DNA from: Eledone cirrhosa
Taxonomy: Eukaryota
Direction of reading: 5' to 3'
DNA length: 64,000 bases
Assembly (NCBI GenBank): GCA_964016885.1
Contig: OZ024741.1
Span: 107,694,001-107,758,000 of the forward strand
Of this stretch, positions 26,401 to 40,890 are shown piece after piece. Made by a program: the position numbers and the translations under genes. Position 1 is the first letter of the stretch; every line of letters begins with the position of its first letter. The notes beneath the pieces were generated by a model. It saw nothing but the letters and a program-made list of their open reading frames with translations. It searched no databases and was not told the origin of the DNA.

Positions 26401-26557
26401 AAATGTTTTAGCACCGCATCTGCAAAGAGGGTTATAACCTTGAAACATCATACCATAAGACACTGGGTAAAATATTACTCCATTTTGTTTCGTTTTGTTT
26501 CATTGATCATAATTTATCTCTTCTACAAACAATCTTATCGGTCATTTAATATATATG

Positions 26558-26618
<61 letters not shown>

Positions 26619-26983
26619 TGTATTATGTATGTATGTATGTATGCTTGCGCGTGCGTGTGTGTAAGCAGGATATCTGTTGATAAATGTTTAAGAAAAACAA
26701 TGCTCAATCTATTGCAACAGAGGTTATGTCTTGGCGGCCGACAAGAGGCCAGTATTCAAATGCCTCCTCCACTATAAAGTTATGATCATAGCTGGATGAC
26801 CATAACTGGACCCCGAAACATAAGGTCGCACATACAACTTAAGTGCATGAAATTTTAAATATACTATACATATGGGTGTAGAAGGTTACGTGTATGCCAG
26901 ACAATCTAGCATACAAGCAGCGTTTGAAACCAGAGGTAGCAACATTTATGTGTTGAAAACAATAACCATTATATATGTATATA

Positions 26984-27049
<66 letters not shown>

Positions 27050-27999
27050 GTGTGTCTTTATGTGTGTTTGTTGTTATTGTACTTGTGTATATATTTATAC
27101 ACACAAGTGAACAAAGATAGCATTCAAAAACACATACACTCAAATACGAACACACACCAAACAGGAAACACACACGCAAACGCATGCGCAAACAGACAGA
27201 GACAAGAATAAATAAATAAAAAAATAAATATAATAAAAATGGCGTAGGCATTACAATACAATATTAGGAAACATAATAGTACCACTGATGGTATCACTGA
27301 TGTGTGACGAAAGAACCTTGATAGACTATATATATATATTTATATCAATCCATGATGATTGCTTTCACCTGTTTCCACTACGCTTTGCTGTAGCGACCTA
27401 TATGTTCTGTGAACCACACACATAAATTGCATTTGAACGCCACCTATAACACTTGTTGCCATACTGTGATGGATACATAGAATTCCACTATAGGATCGCT
27501 TTATCTGGCTCCCGCTATATCTGATATCTGACTCTGCCTACATCATTCACTTTCGTTAATATTATTCTTAAACTGTCACCTCTGAAATCCTTTACTGTCT
27601 ACAACTATATTTGTTTGCATTTATTTGTATTGCTTATATAATGTTTTATCTTTTATGTTTCATTTTTATTTTTATCTTTATTTTTATCACCTTTTATTTT
27701 CATTTTTATTTTTATTATTATTATTATTAAAAAAAAAAAAATTTCTTATATTATCATCACTTTATTGTTATCTTTATTTTATTCTTACTTCTAGACTCTA
27801 CCCTTTAAGCTTCATCTCTTATCTTCAACTTCCTTATCTTTAATTATTGTAACTGATTTTGGTCTTATATGTATCGGCTTCTAGCGGTGACGCGTCGTCC
27901 AAGCGCCCCACATTTCTTAGTCCTCTGTGCTACACATGGATCCATCTTGTGATATAGGTCGGTAGAGTTTACACTATTGATCTAATTCCTCTTTATAAC

Positions 28000-28044
28000 G
28001 CTCTGATGAGTCCTGCAATTATGCAAGGACGAAACACTGTCAGC
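28000..28044 (+). ncRNA. Minimal type I hammerhead ribozyme
   Basis: gct-CTGATGA-gtcc tgca atta tgca a ggac-GAAAC-act-GTC-agc, followed by AATAAA. Confidence 0.85.
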
Positions 28045-28703
28045 AAATAAAGATTAAGTGATGATGTAAGCGCTCTTTGTTTTTGTTTCATATATATATT
28101 TATATCTGTATTTTTAACCGTTGATCAATCAATGACAAACATTGATTGCCAGATAAATTAACTATGGAGATATAAAAGACACAGAAGCGAAAACCAACCC
28201 AAACCAAACAGTGAGTGTGTTCTATTATTATTTCTGGCAATATGACCCTTCCCAAATATAACAATATTTGTTTCAACACGATTTCATATCAAAAACCTTG
28301 CAAAACAAATATATATATATATATATATAGTGTGTGTGTGTTTGATTGTGTGTGTGTATGTGTGTGTGTGTGTATGTATGTGTGTGTGCGCGCGTGCGGG
28401 TATGTGTCTGCGTCTGTGTTTGCGTATATATGTGTGTGTACAATTCAAAATCGACAAAATAATTAAATAGATATTACAAAAAGAAAACAAAGAAAGAGGA
28501 TATAATTTAATAGATTTTTTTGAAATTCCATCTTTGAAAATCTTATCCAACATGAAATATTGAATAAAATACCATTCTTCTCTTCAAATTTAATCATATT
28601 ACAAGATTCAAGTCTGGAATAGAATAGTATTATTTGATCGAGTTAAAATTCATTGTTAATTTTCGGTTTTCTTATCAACGCTCGCCCACACGAATCCATA
28701 CAA

Positions 28704-28851
<148 letters not shown>

Positions 28852-29039
28852 ATTATGTATAGAAAGTGATAGATATGTAGATATACGTATATTTATATAT
28901 AGACACACACGCACACATATATATATATTTATATCCTAATATGTATGTATTTACATAACACTCTCTCGTTTTCTCTTCTTCCAAATTCCGTAGTTCCAAT
29001 GTGTTCTCTCTCTCCAAGTTCTCCATTTCTAGAAGTAAG

Positions 29040-29560
29040 ACTCATGTCAGATACCGTTGTTTACTTCTTCCTAGAATGGCGAGACTGGAGTGGCTGGATA
29101 CAAGCCTGGGTGATTTGATTTCGAGGACAGGATGTTGCTCATACTGTATGTCTCCACTCTCCACATCGCTGCTAAACCGATAACCTCACCAGGCTTTCTT
29201 GGTGAGAAGGGTGATTACTGGAAATCCTGTAAGACGTAGAACAAAACCTGTCAAAGGGCAGAGGAACTTGTGTGAGTCAAGGGCCATCCATTAGCATGTA
29301 CATATGTGGCTTGCAGTCAGCTCAGGTAGCTCTGGTTTCCTTGGATTGTCCTGTTACTGGCTACCAAGTAACCCTGCCACATTGGGCCAGATGGAAGTCG
29401 TTTGCTTTGGCAGGTAGTCCATCTAGGAGAAGGAAAACTCTGAATTCAAATCTCTACTGCCTTGCGGTGATATCCAATCATAGGAAGGCTTCAGGAGTAA
29501 ACCTTATGGAAAAATCCGGAGTGGGATCCCCTAAGGCAGTCGTCGCTGATTACAACTAAG
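29040..29560 (+). mobile_element. RTE-type LINE 5' region fragment
   Basis: CCATCTAGGAGAAGGAAAACTCTGAATTCAAA motif; matches the 13.3 kb copy in reverse. Confidence 0.5.
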
Positions 29561-29618
29561 CGGGAAACTAATAAGACTTTGTGTTATTGCATCTCTGTCT
29601 GTCTTCTTTATTCTTGAA

Positions 29619-29663
<45 letters not shown>

Positions 29664-30776
29664 ACGGTGAATTATCAATTATCAGAATCGAATTATCAAA
29701 GTTCAAATTTGCCTTTCATCCATTCAAGTTCGATAGGGAAATCACCGTTCCTGTACTGGTGTCGATGCTTCCTCTATAGCTCGTTGTTACTTCTATTCTG
29801 TTATTTTCTATCCTTTTCTGGAAAAAATATGCTATATTCAAACGGGGAAAGGGGATAGGCTTCACCAGGTTTAAAACTGCCCTAGAAACGCCGCATGTCG
29901 CTCAGGAGTTACAGGACAGAAGAAGAATACGCACACACACACACACACACACTCATATATATATATATATAAAGGGAGAGAGAGAGAGCGACAGAGAGAG
30001 GGACAGAAAGAGAGAATATTAAAATTTTAAAAAACATATGTATATGTATATAGAGAAAGAGCTATATATCATTAGAGTAACACGTAATGTTTTGCAGCTC
30101 TATATAAAGCTTATAATACAAATGACACTGGACGACGTATCCCCAAGAAAGAGGCTCGAAGTAGTAGTCATAGTATAAACAGCTCCCAAATTAAGAATTT
30201 GGAGCAGTTATGTACTATTTATATCTGCCGCCACAGTTAAAATGTTCTTCACTGCATGAGGTCTATAGTGTTGTCTGACTCTTGGATGCCAACAGTTATA
30301 AAGGTATTTTGTACATCATTGGAATTTTTCCAAAAACAATTCCTCTAATGATTGGTTTCACGTCTTCCGTAGATTTACCAAAATCGATATATGGTAATCG
30401 ATGATCAATTTTTCCTTCGTCTCATGATTTTTCCTAAAAAGTGTATGCATTATATATATGGCTTTTTCTCTCTCTAAATATGTCTTTTAATTTGAATTAT
30501 TGGTGCGCTGGAGAAATGTTCATTGAGCATTTCTACTGAGAAACATAATCATCTGATATATTATATATGTTATGATACCTTAACTTAATATACATACATA
30601 CATGCATATATCTATATAGTAATAATAATAAATGTGAAGACTAATCTGTTATTTTAATAAATTAATATATATATATATAAAAGAAAATTTTTGCTCTACA
30701 TGGCTGAATACAATAAATGTAATCTGAGTTTTTCGAATATTAATAACAACATTCGATTCGTTTGCAATTATGCCTC

Positions 30777-31320
30777 AATTTTATAGACATGTCAGTAGAA
30801 TGAACCCTTCATTCTTGCTCTTGTGTTGGCATGTGAACAGAACTGCAGATAGTAATGTTTTTGGGTATCACCCTTCGTCAGTACAGATCACTGTTCCCCT
30901 GCCAAACTCTCAGAGCTAGTGAAAATATATGCTATTTTCAAAAATACACAGTGACTGATCGGCCTGATTTGCATATTAGCAGACTGGCTGATTAGTCAGA
31001 TCTGCATATTAGCAGATCCACTGATCTGCCAGATTTGCATATCAGCTGACTAGCAACCAGGCTGAAAATTGACTGGCCAGTCTGCTGATATGCAAATCTG
31101 GCTGATCAGTGGATCTGCTAATATGCAAATCAGACCGATCAGTCATTGTGTATCTTTGAAAATAGCATATATTTTCACTAGCTCTGACAGTTTGGCAGGT
31201 GAACAGTGTGCTGTACTGATGAAGGGCGATGCCCAGTAACATTAGTGTCTGCAGTTCTATTCACATGCCAAGACAAGAGCAAGAATGAAGGGTTCATTCT
31301 ACTGATATGGCTATAAAATT
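30777..31320. repeat. Fold-back element with octamer-motif array and two degenerate HHRs
   Basis: Arms about 30777-31045 / 31082-31320. HHR-like ctgta-CTGATGA-agggc gat gccc-aGTAAC-attagt-GTC-tgcag at 31211-31254; repeated ATTTGCAT/ATGCAAAT. Confidence 0.85.
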
Positions 31321-32093
31321 ATATATATATATATATATATGGGAGTGTGTGTATATATGTACATGTACATGTGAATATATAGATTTATATGTATGTATAT
31401 ATGCATGTTTTCAACTGGAGCAAAAATTATTTGGTGCCTCATTCTCCTTAGGGACTTCAGACTGAAGAACTGATCACTAGTTTTACATGTCTCTAACCCA
31501 TTGATATAAACATTTATTTGGCCACCAGCTCGTTTGTATGTGTAGGTATATATATGTAAGGAAAAGAAATCGAAAATGCAACTGGAGTCGTTTTAAGAAT
31601 ATTTATTTCCATTACTGGTTTCACAGTTCTTATGCTTTTCAAAAGTTGAATTGAGATGTAGAGGGTTTGTGGTTTGTCTCGCATCTGGATCATGTTCGAA
31701 AGTTCTTTCTGTTTTATGTGGAAAGAGTGCTCGAATTGGTGGGGGGGGGGGGGGGGTGATGACTGTCACGTGAATAAGAACATCAAATTCCGTGCCAGCT
31801 GGTGTTTGAGGGCTTTTTATTGCCATTTTCACAGTCACATGATTGGCCATAAAATATAGGTGCCAGAGAATGATGGTTTGTCATAGAAAGTTTTGTGCCA
31901 AACAAAAGATAATGGTCAGAATGGGAGGGGGAATATAGTTCAGTGGGTATGGCTGATGACGTGGTGAGGTGTCAAAATTCAGACTTTCAATTGAAATAAA
32001 TTGAATGTTTGTGTCGATAGTGGTGGCTGCGGTGATGGTGGTGGCATGGTAGAAAAGGGAAATATATTTTTTTTATTTGTGTGTGTGTGTGTA

Positions 32094-32131
<38 letters not shown>

Positions 32132-32459
32132 TATGTGTGTGTGTGTGTGTGTGTAGCAAAAATGTTTGTCGTCTTGATAATAGAAATAAAAATGATTCCC
32201 TTAGAAGAAATGGTTAAGTGTGTGTGTACATTTGAGTGGGGAGTATGGTTAGCATGTTAAAGTGTTTAAATATCAACGAATGTTAAATTATATATAGCTC
32301 TGGTCTTTTATTTTCGAATATAGAGAAGGTTGTTATGTGTGTATGTGGATGGTTAGCATGTTATATTAAACTATATTTAATGCTGGTCTACATTTTTGAA
32401 TAAACATATTTTCCTTATTTATTTGTATTTAATATGTTGTATTGTCAGTGTAAATATAA

Positions 32460-33925
32460 AGTGGGAAGACTTGGAATATACCACCAACACATCAAACCAA
32501 CCATAATACTAAAATAAACCGCAACAAACCACCATCTCCTTCACATATAACAAGTCGAGTAAATTCCACACCAAATTTGACTAACTCCCCTGATATAATA
32601 TTCACGAGGACTCAACTTATTCATATATAGGAGCTACGTCTAAACAATTTAAAGTAAGATTTAATACCCACAAACATAGTTTTAAAAATGCCGCTTTAGC
32701 TAATACAACATCCTTGGCTGAAACAATAAATAATTATAGAAAAAAGAATATCGATTACAACCTGACCTGGAGTGTGCTCAAAAGGGCCACCCCTTATCAA
32801 AATAACAGATATGAGTAAAGATTATGCTCCCAAGAACTTTTTGAAATAATTGTTTCTACTTTTGGCACAAGGCCAGCAATTAGCCAGTGCATTACTGGTA
32901 CTTTATTTTATCGACCGCGTAAGGATGAAAGGCAAAGTAAACCTCGGCGGGATTTGAAATAATGAAATCTAAGGATATTAAATAAGTGACATGAATTAAT
33001 TATATCTTGCAATCATAGAATTAGAAGAACTTTCAAATATTATAAACCTAATTAATATACACCTTACACTTATATTTTACATATTATTATAATTAGTTTT
33101 TTTAATTTAGTTAACCTATAATTAGTGCTTTACTACAGAGAACTTCATAATTTTATTTCCCTCTTACAGCTCTCTTTTCTTAAAATTAATACCTAAAAGT
33201 ATACATATAAATTAATTTAATTTCCTGTTATGAATCTAGATTCCTTGTAGTCTATATAAGATTGGTATTTCTCACTAACACCTTTATCATAAAATGTTAT
33301 TCTCCTTCGGTTTTAACATTAACATTATTCTTTAATAACATCAAATTTTGGTGTACCCTTCACCGGCTTGACCTCTTTTCATCCCCAAAGTATTCTTTTC
33401 ATTCAAAGTATTCTTTCCATTCAAAACTTAAGTCTGCATTCCTCTACCCCTAAATTAAATTTTTATTACTACTATTCTATCAACTTGACCTCTTACTACT
33501 CTTCTAAACCTGTTCCCAAACAGACCTATTATTAATCTTTGTTGGTTTTTTTCAATAAACAAATATCATTATTTCTGAAGACAGCGTCGGTAGAGGGTCG
33601 TACGCCCCTTGCCATTCTGAGTTCAAATCCCGTCGAGGTTAACTTTGACTTTCATCCTTATGAGGTCGATAAAATAAAGTACCAGTAATGCACTGGGTAT
33701 TTTCTGGCCTTGTGCCAAAAAAGTAGAAATAATTATTTCTGAAGACAGCATATATATGTAAAGGTATGTATATTTCCTCTGATAGTTTGTAAATTTTTTT
33801 ACTTAGATCTATATGATATACATACCAACACACATACATATCCTAGAAACGATCGTAAAATCATGAATTTTTTTAATATAAGGAACTTGTTCTTTGTTTT
33901 TATTCATTGTTTTTATTAATTTATA
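32460..33925 (+). pseudogene. Naiad-like PLE 3' relic (GIY-YIG fragment and 3' UTR) with two nested S1 SINEs
   Basis: 32600-33050 matches the 57350 ORF (YIGATSKQFKVRFNTHKHSFKNAA); SINEs at 32851-32953 (-) and 33587-33733 (+). Confidence 0.85.
33734..33861 (+). ncRNA. Hammerhead ribozyme with extended stem II
   Basis: tattt-CTGAAGA-(about 100 nt)-GAAAC-gatc-GTA-aaat. Confidence 0.65.
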
Positions 33926-34063
33926 TATATATATATATATATCCAAAATTAAATTAAGGGTGTCATGTCCGAGAGACATGCACCATATCCACTGTAGAAT
34001 TGCTCAAAGATTCCAGTAAATATATCTGAGCATTTTGTATAACTAGAAATTGATATGTATATA

Positions 34064-34130
<67 letters not shown>

Positions 34131-34143
34131 ATATCTATCTATC

Positions 34144-34175
<32 letters not shown>

Positions 34176-34206
34176 CATATTGATATTTATATGTATGTGT
34201 ATATAA

Positions 34207-34288
<82 letters not shown>

Positions 34289-34439
34289 GTTTGTGATATT
34301 TTGGCTTTTCTTAATTCCCTAGGAAATTGTTTGACCAAATGCTTTGCTTATTTGTTTATTTATTTTCAAACAATTATTATTCTTTCTTTAAGACTTATTT
34401 TTAAATATATTTTTTGAAAGCAAAGCATTGGTCCCTAAA

Positions 34440-34592
34440 ATACTACGGTAGACCCCTATATTGCTACAGTGGGCCCCTGCAATGCTACCGTGGAATTCTG
34501 CAATGCTTCTGTGGGTACCAGCAATGCTATTGTGGGTCCTTTGCGGCCCATTTACCATTGGGCAAACTGGGAACCTGATCAGTCCACCACTG
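34440..34592. mobile_element. Probable hAT-type MITE end with 21-bp tandem units
   Basis: About four copies of GCAATGCTACyGTGGG-like 21-mers; terminus reverse complement CAGTGGTGGACTG. Confidence 0.4.
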
Positions 34593-34949
34593 CATACATA
34601 CATAGATACACGCACACATACATACATGCATGCATACATGATGACTGCCCTCTCGTTATTGAGTATGGCCATTGCACGATATAAAACTATTAATAATAAT
34701 TAATTAATGCTATCGTGCAAAGCCTGTTAATGAAAATTTTTTTTTAAAGTGAGAAAAGACTGTGCACTGAGCCAATCCCACTCTCCGAGCGACAGTAGTT
34801 ATAACCCGAAAAGAAGAAAAGATCAACATCATCGGTAACTACTGAGCCGCAGGTTTTATATCGGAGTTATCCCAGTTTCCTGAGTTGCTTTCTTCTAGAA
34901 GAATGCCCTGGCAAAGGCTAGGGGTCCTTCACATACATACATACATACA

Positions 34950-34980
<31 letters not shown>

Positions 34981-35276
34981 GTAGATGTGTTCAATCAGCG
35001 GTGATTTATCAAGTTTCTTCAGAGGAATATATTTGAGGAAGAGGAGAACAGAAAAATAATGAAAAATATAATATAGAAACTAAAGAAATAGTGTAAAGTA
35101 AATATGTCTGTGATATGTTTAAATTAGTCGTATCCGTACTGAACGACCTTAATTGTTATTTCTTTGAATTTGATAACTATTGTAAGAAGTACAACTAAAA
35201 TAGAGCAGACATCGTAAGCTACAATAACAACAACATCAATAACAACGGAGAGAGAGAGAGACAGAGTGAGAGAGAG

Positions 35277-35358
<82 letters not shown>

Positions 35359-35897
35359 AAACATTATAAACAACAATAACATTATCGGCACTCTTACAAT
35401 ATTATCAACAACAACAACAATAACAACAAATAGCAAGACAGGCCTAGTGTTCTAAAGTAACACACAGTAACAGTAATACCATCAACAATAAGAACATTAG
35501 TTGCAACAACAATCATACTATCAATAATAACGCCGTTAAGGAGACAAAACAATAATATCGAAAGTGACAGAGCAAGTATTGTAAGCAAACTTAATGCCAT
35601 TAATAGCAATAACGACATTATCAAAAATAACAGCAACATTAGCAGTCAATGACAATAACAACATTATCAGTTAATAACGAGACAGAACAACAATAATAAC
35701 CAGGACAAAGAAACCTTTATAAAACAACAGTAGCGGACATGACTGTCCATGGCAGTAACACAGTAATGATGAGTTATCGTCAAAGACATTATAGCGGCAA
35801 CAACAATAAATACAGCCATATTAGGATTAGGGCAACACAACTAAGAACAATGATAACAATTGATGCTGTATTATATTTGTATTATCATTATTATTAA

Positions 35898-36455
35898 GGC
35901 GGTGGATTGGCAGTATCGGTAGAGGATCGGATGCCATGCTTTGAAGCATAGAGTTACCTCCCTGTATGATCTGAGTTCAAATCACGCCGAGGTTAACTTT
36001 CCCTTTCATCCTTCCGGGGTTGATAGAATAAAGTACCAGTAATGCATTGGGATTGCTGGCCTTGTGCCAAAAGTAGAAACAATTATTATTATTAGTTACG
36101 GCTCTTTACGCTCTAAGTTCAAATCCCACCGGGGTTAAGTTTGCCTTTCATTCTTACGGGGTCGATAAAATAAAGTACCAGTCGCGCACTGGGGTCGATT
36201 TAATTGACTTATCCCTCCTCAAAAATTGTTGGCCTTGTGTCCGTATAAGAAACCATTATTATTATTAATTACGGCAGTATCGGTAGAGGGTTGGACGCCA
36301 TGCTTTCCAGCACAGTTACGCCCCTTTGCGAACTGAGTTCAAATCCCGCCGAGGTTAACTTTGCCTTTCATCCTTACGGGATCGATAAAATAAAGTACCA
36401 GTAATGCACTGGGTAATTGCTGGCCTTGTGCCTAAAGTAGAAACAATTATTATTA
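35898..36455 (+). mobile_element. Three head-to-tail S1 SINE copies
   Basis: 35898-36093, 36094-36266 and 36273-36455, each ending in an (ATT)n tail. Confidence 0.9.
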
Positions 36456-37354
36456 GTTGTTTTTGTTGTTGATTTTCGTGTTTCCGAGTCCAAGTCGGCC
36501 ACGACTTCAATATTGGGTTGAGCATCTTTGACCCTGAGCTCGGTGATGATTGTTAAGGTCAAATACGGAATTGGAAACCATGTCGTCGACATGTAGGAAA
36601 CAAAAACATTAGTTACAATAACAATAATATTAATAACGGCAAAATTTTGATTGCTAATACATGCTGCTGCTGATGCTGCATCGCAGGTTTCACTCAGGAG
36701 TCGCGCTAAAACGGCGTTCGGTTCGCCCCGCTGTGTTAGTCGTACGCCATCGTCGTTTTCGTCGTGTCGTCTTTCGGCGGCAACCGCGTTGCATTTCGAT
36801 GTCGTCTTCCCGCTCGGTTTCCGGACGCGACGATACGGTTGCCCTTCACATTGGTCGCGGTGCAAATATGAAATGACGACAGCCCGATATGTGCCGACTA
36901 TTGTCGCAAAGGTTAACGGAGAATCAAGGTTTGTTTCCGTGAAGGAAGGCAGAAGACGCACAAATTAACCACTCCTGGCACGGGAATGTCGGGACAAAAG
37001 ACAACGACGAGGGACTCTGATGAAAAGAACCAAACAAACACTATTTGCAACAGAACACGAAATCGTAATAATCAAAGATAAATTTAATTATTATTTCTCA
37101 ACATTAGGTCAGATTTTCGTCACACCCTCTACCACAAATGTTAAATTATTCCCATTTGCTTTTGAGAAATATCGTACATATAACAAACATAATATTCAGT
37201 CACCTCCAAAGCAACATAATATATTCAGCGACATATTTCTATTGTATAGTTGTATTTCATTCTTTCGCCAAACAGGGTTTATGATAGTACTAATAAATTA
37301 TGTAAAATGTTATTTATTATACGCAAATATGTTCTGGCATATTTACGCTCTTGA

Positions 37355-37408
<54 letters not shown>

Positions 37409-37418
37409 ATGTGTGTGT

Positions 37419-37458
<40 letters not shown>

Positions 37459-37539
37459 CTGTGTGTGTGCGTGTGCATGTGCGTGAGTATGTGTGTGTGT
37501 TTGTATGTATGTATATACATATATATATATCTTCTTGTG

Positions 37540-37870
37540 ACGCTAAACTCCACCAGACGCTAAACTCCATCGACATGTGATATCTCTCTCCACAAAGTTC
37601 GACCATTTGCAGCAGAGTTCAAAGAGCAAAGATCAAGTCCAGTCCATAAGTTGACATTGTCAAACCATCGTTTTAGTTACCGGCCTCTGCTTCTCTTACC
37701 AGCCAACCTTCCTTCCAGGCATAACCTACTCACACCACGAGTTGATCTTTTTATGTAGCTGAATACTCTTGACTTGAGAATTGATGAAATTGGTCTAAGT
37801 TTGGTAATGTGGAGCAGCTCACTGATACAGATACGGTCGCTGAGTCGCTTGCCAGTTATATTTAGGCTTT
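37540..37870 (-). pseudogene. RTE LINE 3' coding remnant
   Basis: SRLCLEGRLAGKRSRGR, characteristic of the RTE C-terminus. Confidence 0.6.
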
Positions 37871-38184
37871 CCCAAAAATGTGTACACACTTCAACAGCAT
37901 TCTAAGCAAAATGTGTATACATTTTTGGGGGACACCCTGTATATATATATAACATATGTAGGCATGTGGGAGGGCTGGGTTAAAGAACACTTCCTTAACC
38001 ATCAGACGATCTTTATAGGCATTTGCTCAAGGCAACACATTGGTCCGGCAAACCAAAGATGCGGGGTCGTGTCCCATGCACGTCAATACTCATTCTTTTT
38101 TCCATACAGAGGGTTTCTTTTAAATCCCGACTGACAGGCTACTTTTATTTAGTCAAATACGGCGTAAGCACATGTTACTACCTA

Positions 38185-38337
<153 letters not shown>

Positions 38338-38702
38338 CGTGTGTATGCTTCAGTACGTTTATATTTAGTTAAGAATATGCTCGTGTAAATATATATATAT
38401 AAGCGCAAGGTGTATCGAAGTCGATTTTGCACCATATATATCAATTTTATTGTCGTATTACAATGGCTTCAATAGCGACCATACGAACACACAGCACACA
38501 CACACTTACTCACACACACACACGCACATTCACAGACACGCGTATATATATACGTATATATATATATATATAGGTTTGTGTGCGCGTTTTTATGCCTATA
38601 GTTTATGCATATGTGAAACTAATTATATGTATATATATGCCCTTGTTCAAACATAACTCCAGTAAATATTTACAGATAATAATTAACACTATACATTTAA
38701 AT

Positions 38703-38735
<33 letters not shown>

Positions 38736-38805
38736 ATTGATGTTGGATGCTTAGAGCGTCCGTATGCGGTAGGCCGTATGAGCACTCGATGCTCTCATAG
38801 AGCAG

Positions 38806-39045
38806 AGTATGATATCGCAGAAAAAAGAGAATCAGTGTTGCGACGAATAGAATTTATTGGACATATTACATATTATATTCTCTGGCGATCAGCTCGAGGC
38901 ACGATCGATTTGATGATCGAACCTGACTCTGAAAATCGCAAGGTCCTCAGATACGTCTTGATTCTCTGGTAGCCAGAGAAAGGATTGTAACATGTCCAAT
39001 GAATTCCAGTCGTCACAACACTGATTGTTCTTTTTTCTGTGATAA

Positions 39046-39050
<5 letters not shown>
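38806..39050. repeat. Diverged fold-back inverted repeat
   Basis: 38806-38887 vs 38972-39050. Confidence 0.75.
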
Positions 39051-39080
<30 letters not shown>

Positions 39081-39654
39081 ATATACCCTTTTTGTTCAAA
39101 TTATTTCCAACATAAAAGTACCCAGGGATGAATTGAAGTAAAACTATTTAACTGTTACAATGTATAATACAAATACATATATATAACTACATACACGTCG
39201 TATATATTGCGTAGCCATACAGGTGTCTGCTGAATATCCTGTTTACAACATGTGTGATATAATCAGCGTATTGGCAGAGTCGGTAGAACGTCTGATAGAA
39301 TGTTTGGGGTATGCGTTCCGGCTACCTGCTCTCTGTGTTTAAATCTCACAGAGGACAACTTTGTCTTTCCTCCCTTCTGTCTAGTACTGGGGTCAATCCC
39401 TCCCCTATATCTCTTTCTCATTTCCTCTCCATTACGATTTATCATTTTGTGAAAGAAATCTGCCTTGCTCAAATCTGGAGAGATGTGCTCCGTCAGGTTT
39501 CAAATTACACCCCAACGGCTCAAACAGGATTTACTGGTTCATACATACATGAACGATATTTCTCATAACCCAACAGAAGTGCTTTGTGTTCCAGGGTGTG
39601 ACGAAAATGTGTCCCATGGTTGAGAAATATTAAGTAACTTGTTCGATTATAATT

Positions 39655-39870
39655 GTTTCTACTTTAGGCACAAGGCCAGCAATTTGAAAGGGAATGGAAA
39701 TTCGATTAAATTGATCCCAGTGCATTACTGGTGTTTTATTTTATCGACCCCGTAAGGATGAAAAGGCAAAGCTAACCTCGGTGGGATTTGAACTCAGAAC
39801 GTGAAGGGCCGTAACTCAACACCACGAAGCATGGTGTCCGACGCTCTATCGATACTGCCAATCCGCTGTC
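39655..39870 (-). mobile_element. Near-full-length S1 SINE with about 16-bp TSD
   Basis: TSD ttgttc(g/a)attataatt at 39639-39654 and 39873-39888. Confidence 0.85.
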
Positions 39871-40354
39871 CTTTGTTCAATTATAATTACAACTGAATCT
39901 ATTGCCGGTCATCTTTTTGCATTCTTATGATAGTTGCAACGATCACCAACCACTAGAATAACACTGGAGCATTGTTGCTGAGATGAAGGACGGTCTATAT
40001 AATTTGTGTCGTCAAAGACCGAAATCCGATAGCTAGAGACATGTAATGTCTATATTATACATCGCAGTCTCCAATCGGTTTCTCAGCATGAAGCTTTTTT
40101 AACGTCAATCTTTTCTTTACAAACCAAACATATCCTATGTGTTACTTCGAATATTACTGAGCGCCGTTCTATGTCACAGCCTTTCCCTCGCTTTTCAGTA
40201 TGCTCACAGTCTGTATGTTTCTCATTGTTCTTTTCTCTAACTCTCTCACTCCACACACAAATATATATATATATATAAGAAAATGTTTAACCCTGACGGC
40301 AGAGCTCAAGCCGTTTCGACGGGTATATATATGTATACATATATACAGATATGG

Positions 40355-40787
<433 letters not shown>

Positions 40788-40831
40788 GACATAAATATAT
40801 ATATGTATATATACACACACACACACCACAC

Positions 40832-40889
<58 letters not shown>

Positions 40890-40890
<1 letters not shown>

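Noticed and set aside
25983-26411. 142-aa hydrophobic poly-Ala/Val/Leu ORF
   Set aside because: Antisense reading of (CAG/CAA)-rich low-complexity sequence; the same applies to the ORFs at 35.1-35.6 kb.
34440-34560. 21-bp repeats (and the 11-bp array at 8.9 kb) as a CRISPR-like array
   Set aside because: Contiguous tandem units without unique spacers, in a eukaryotic context with no cas genes.
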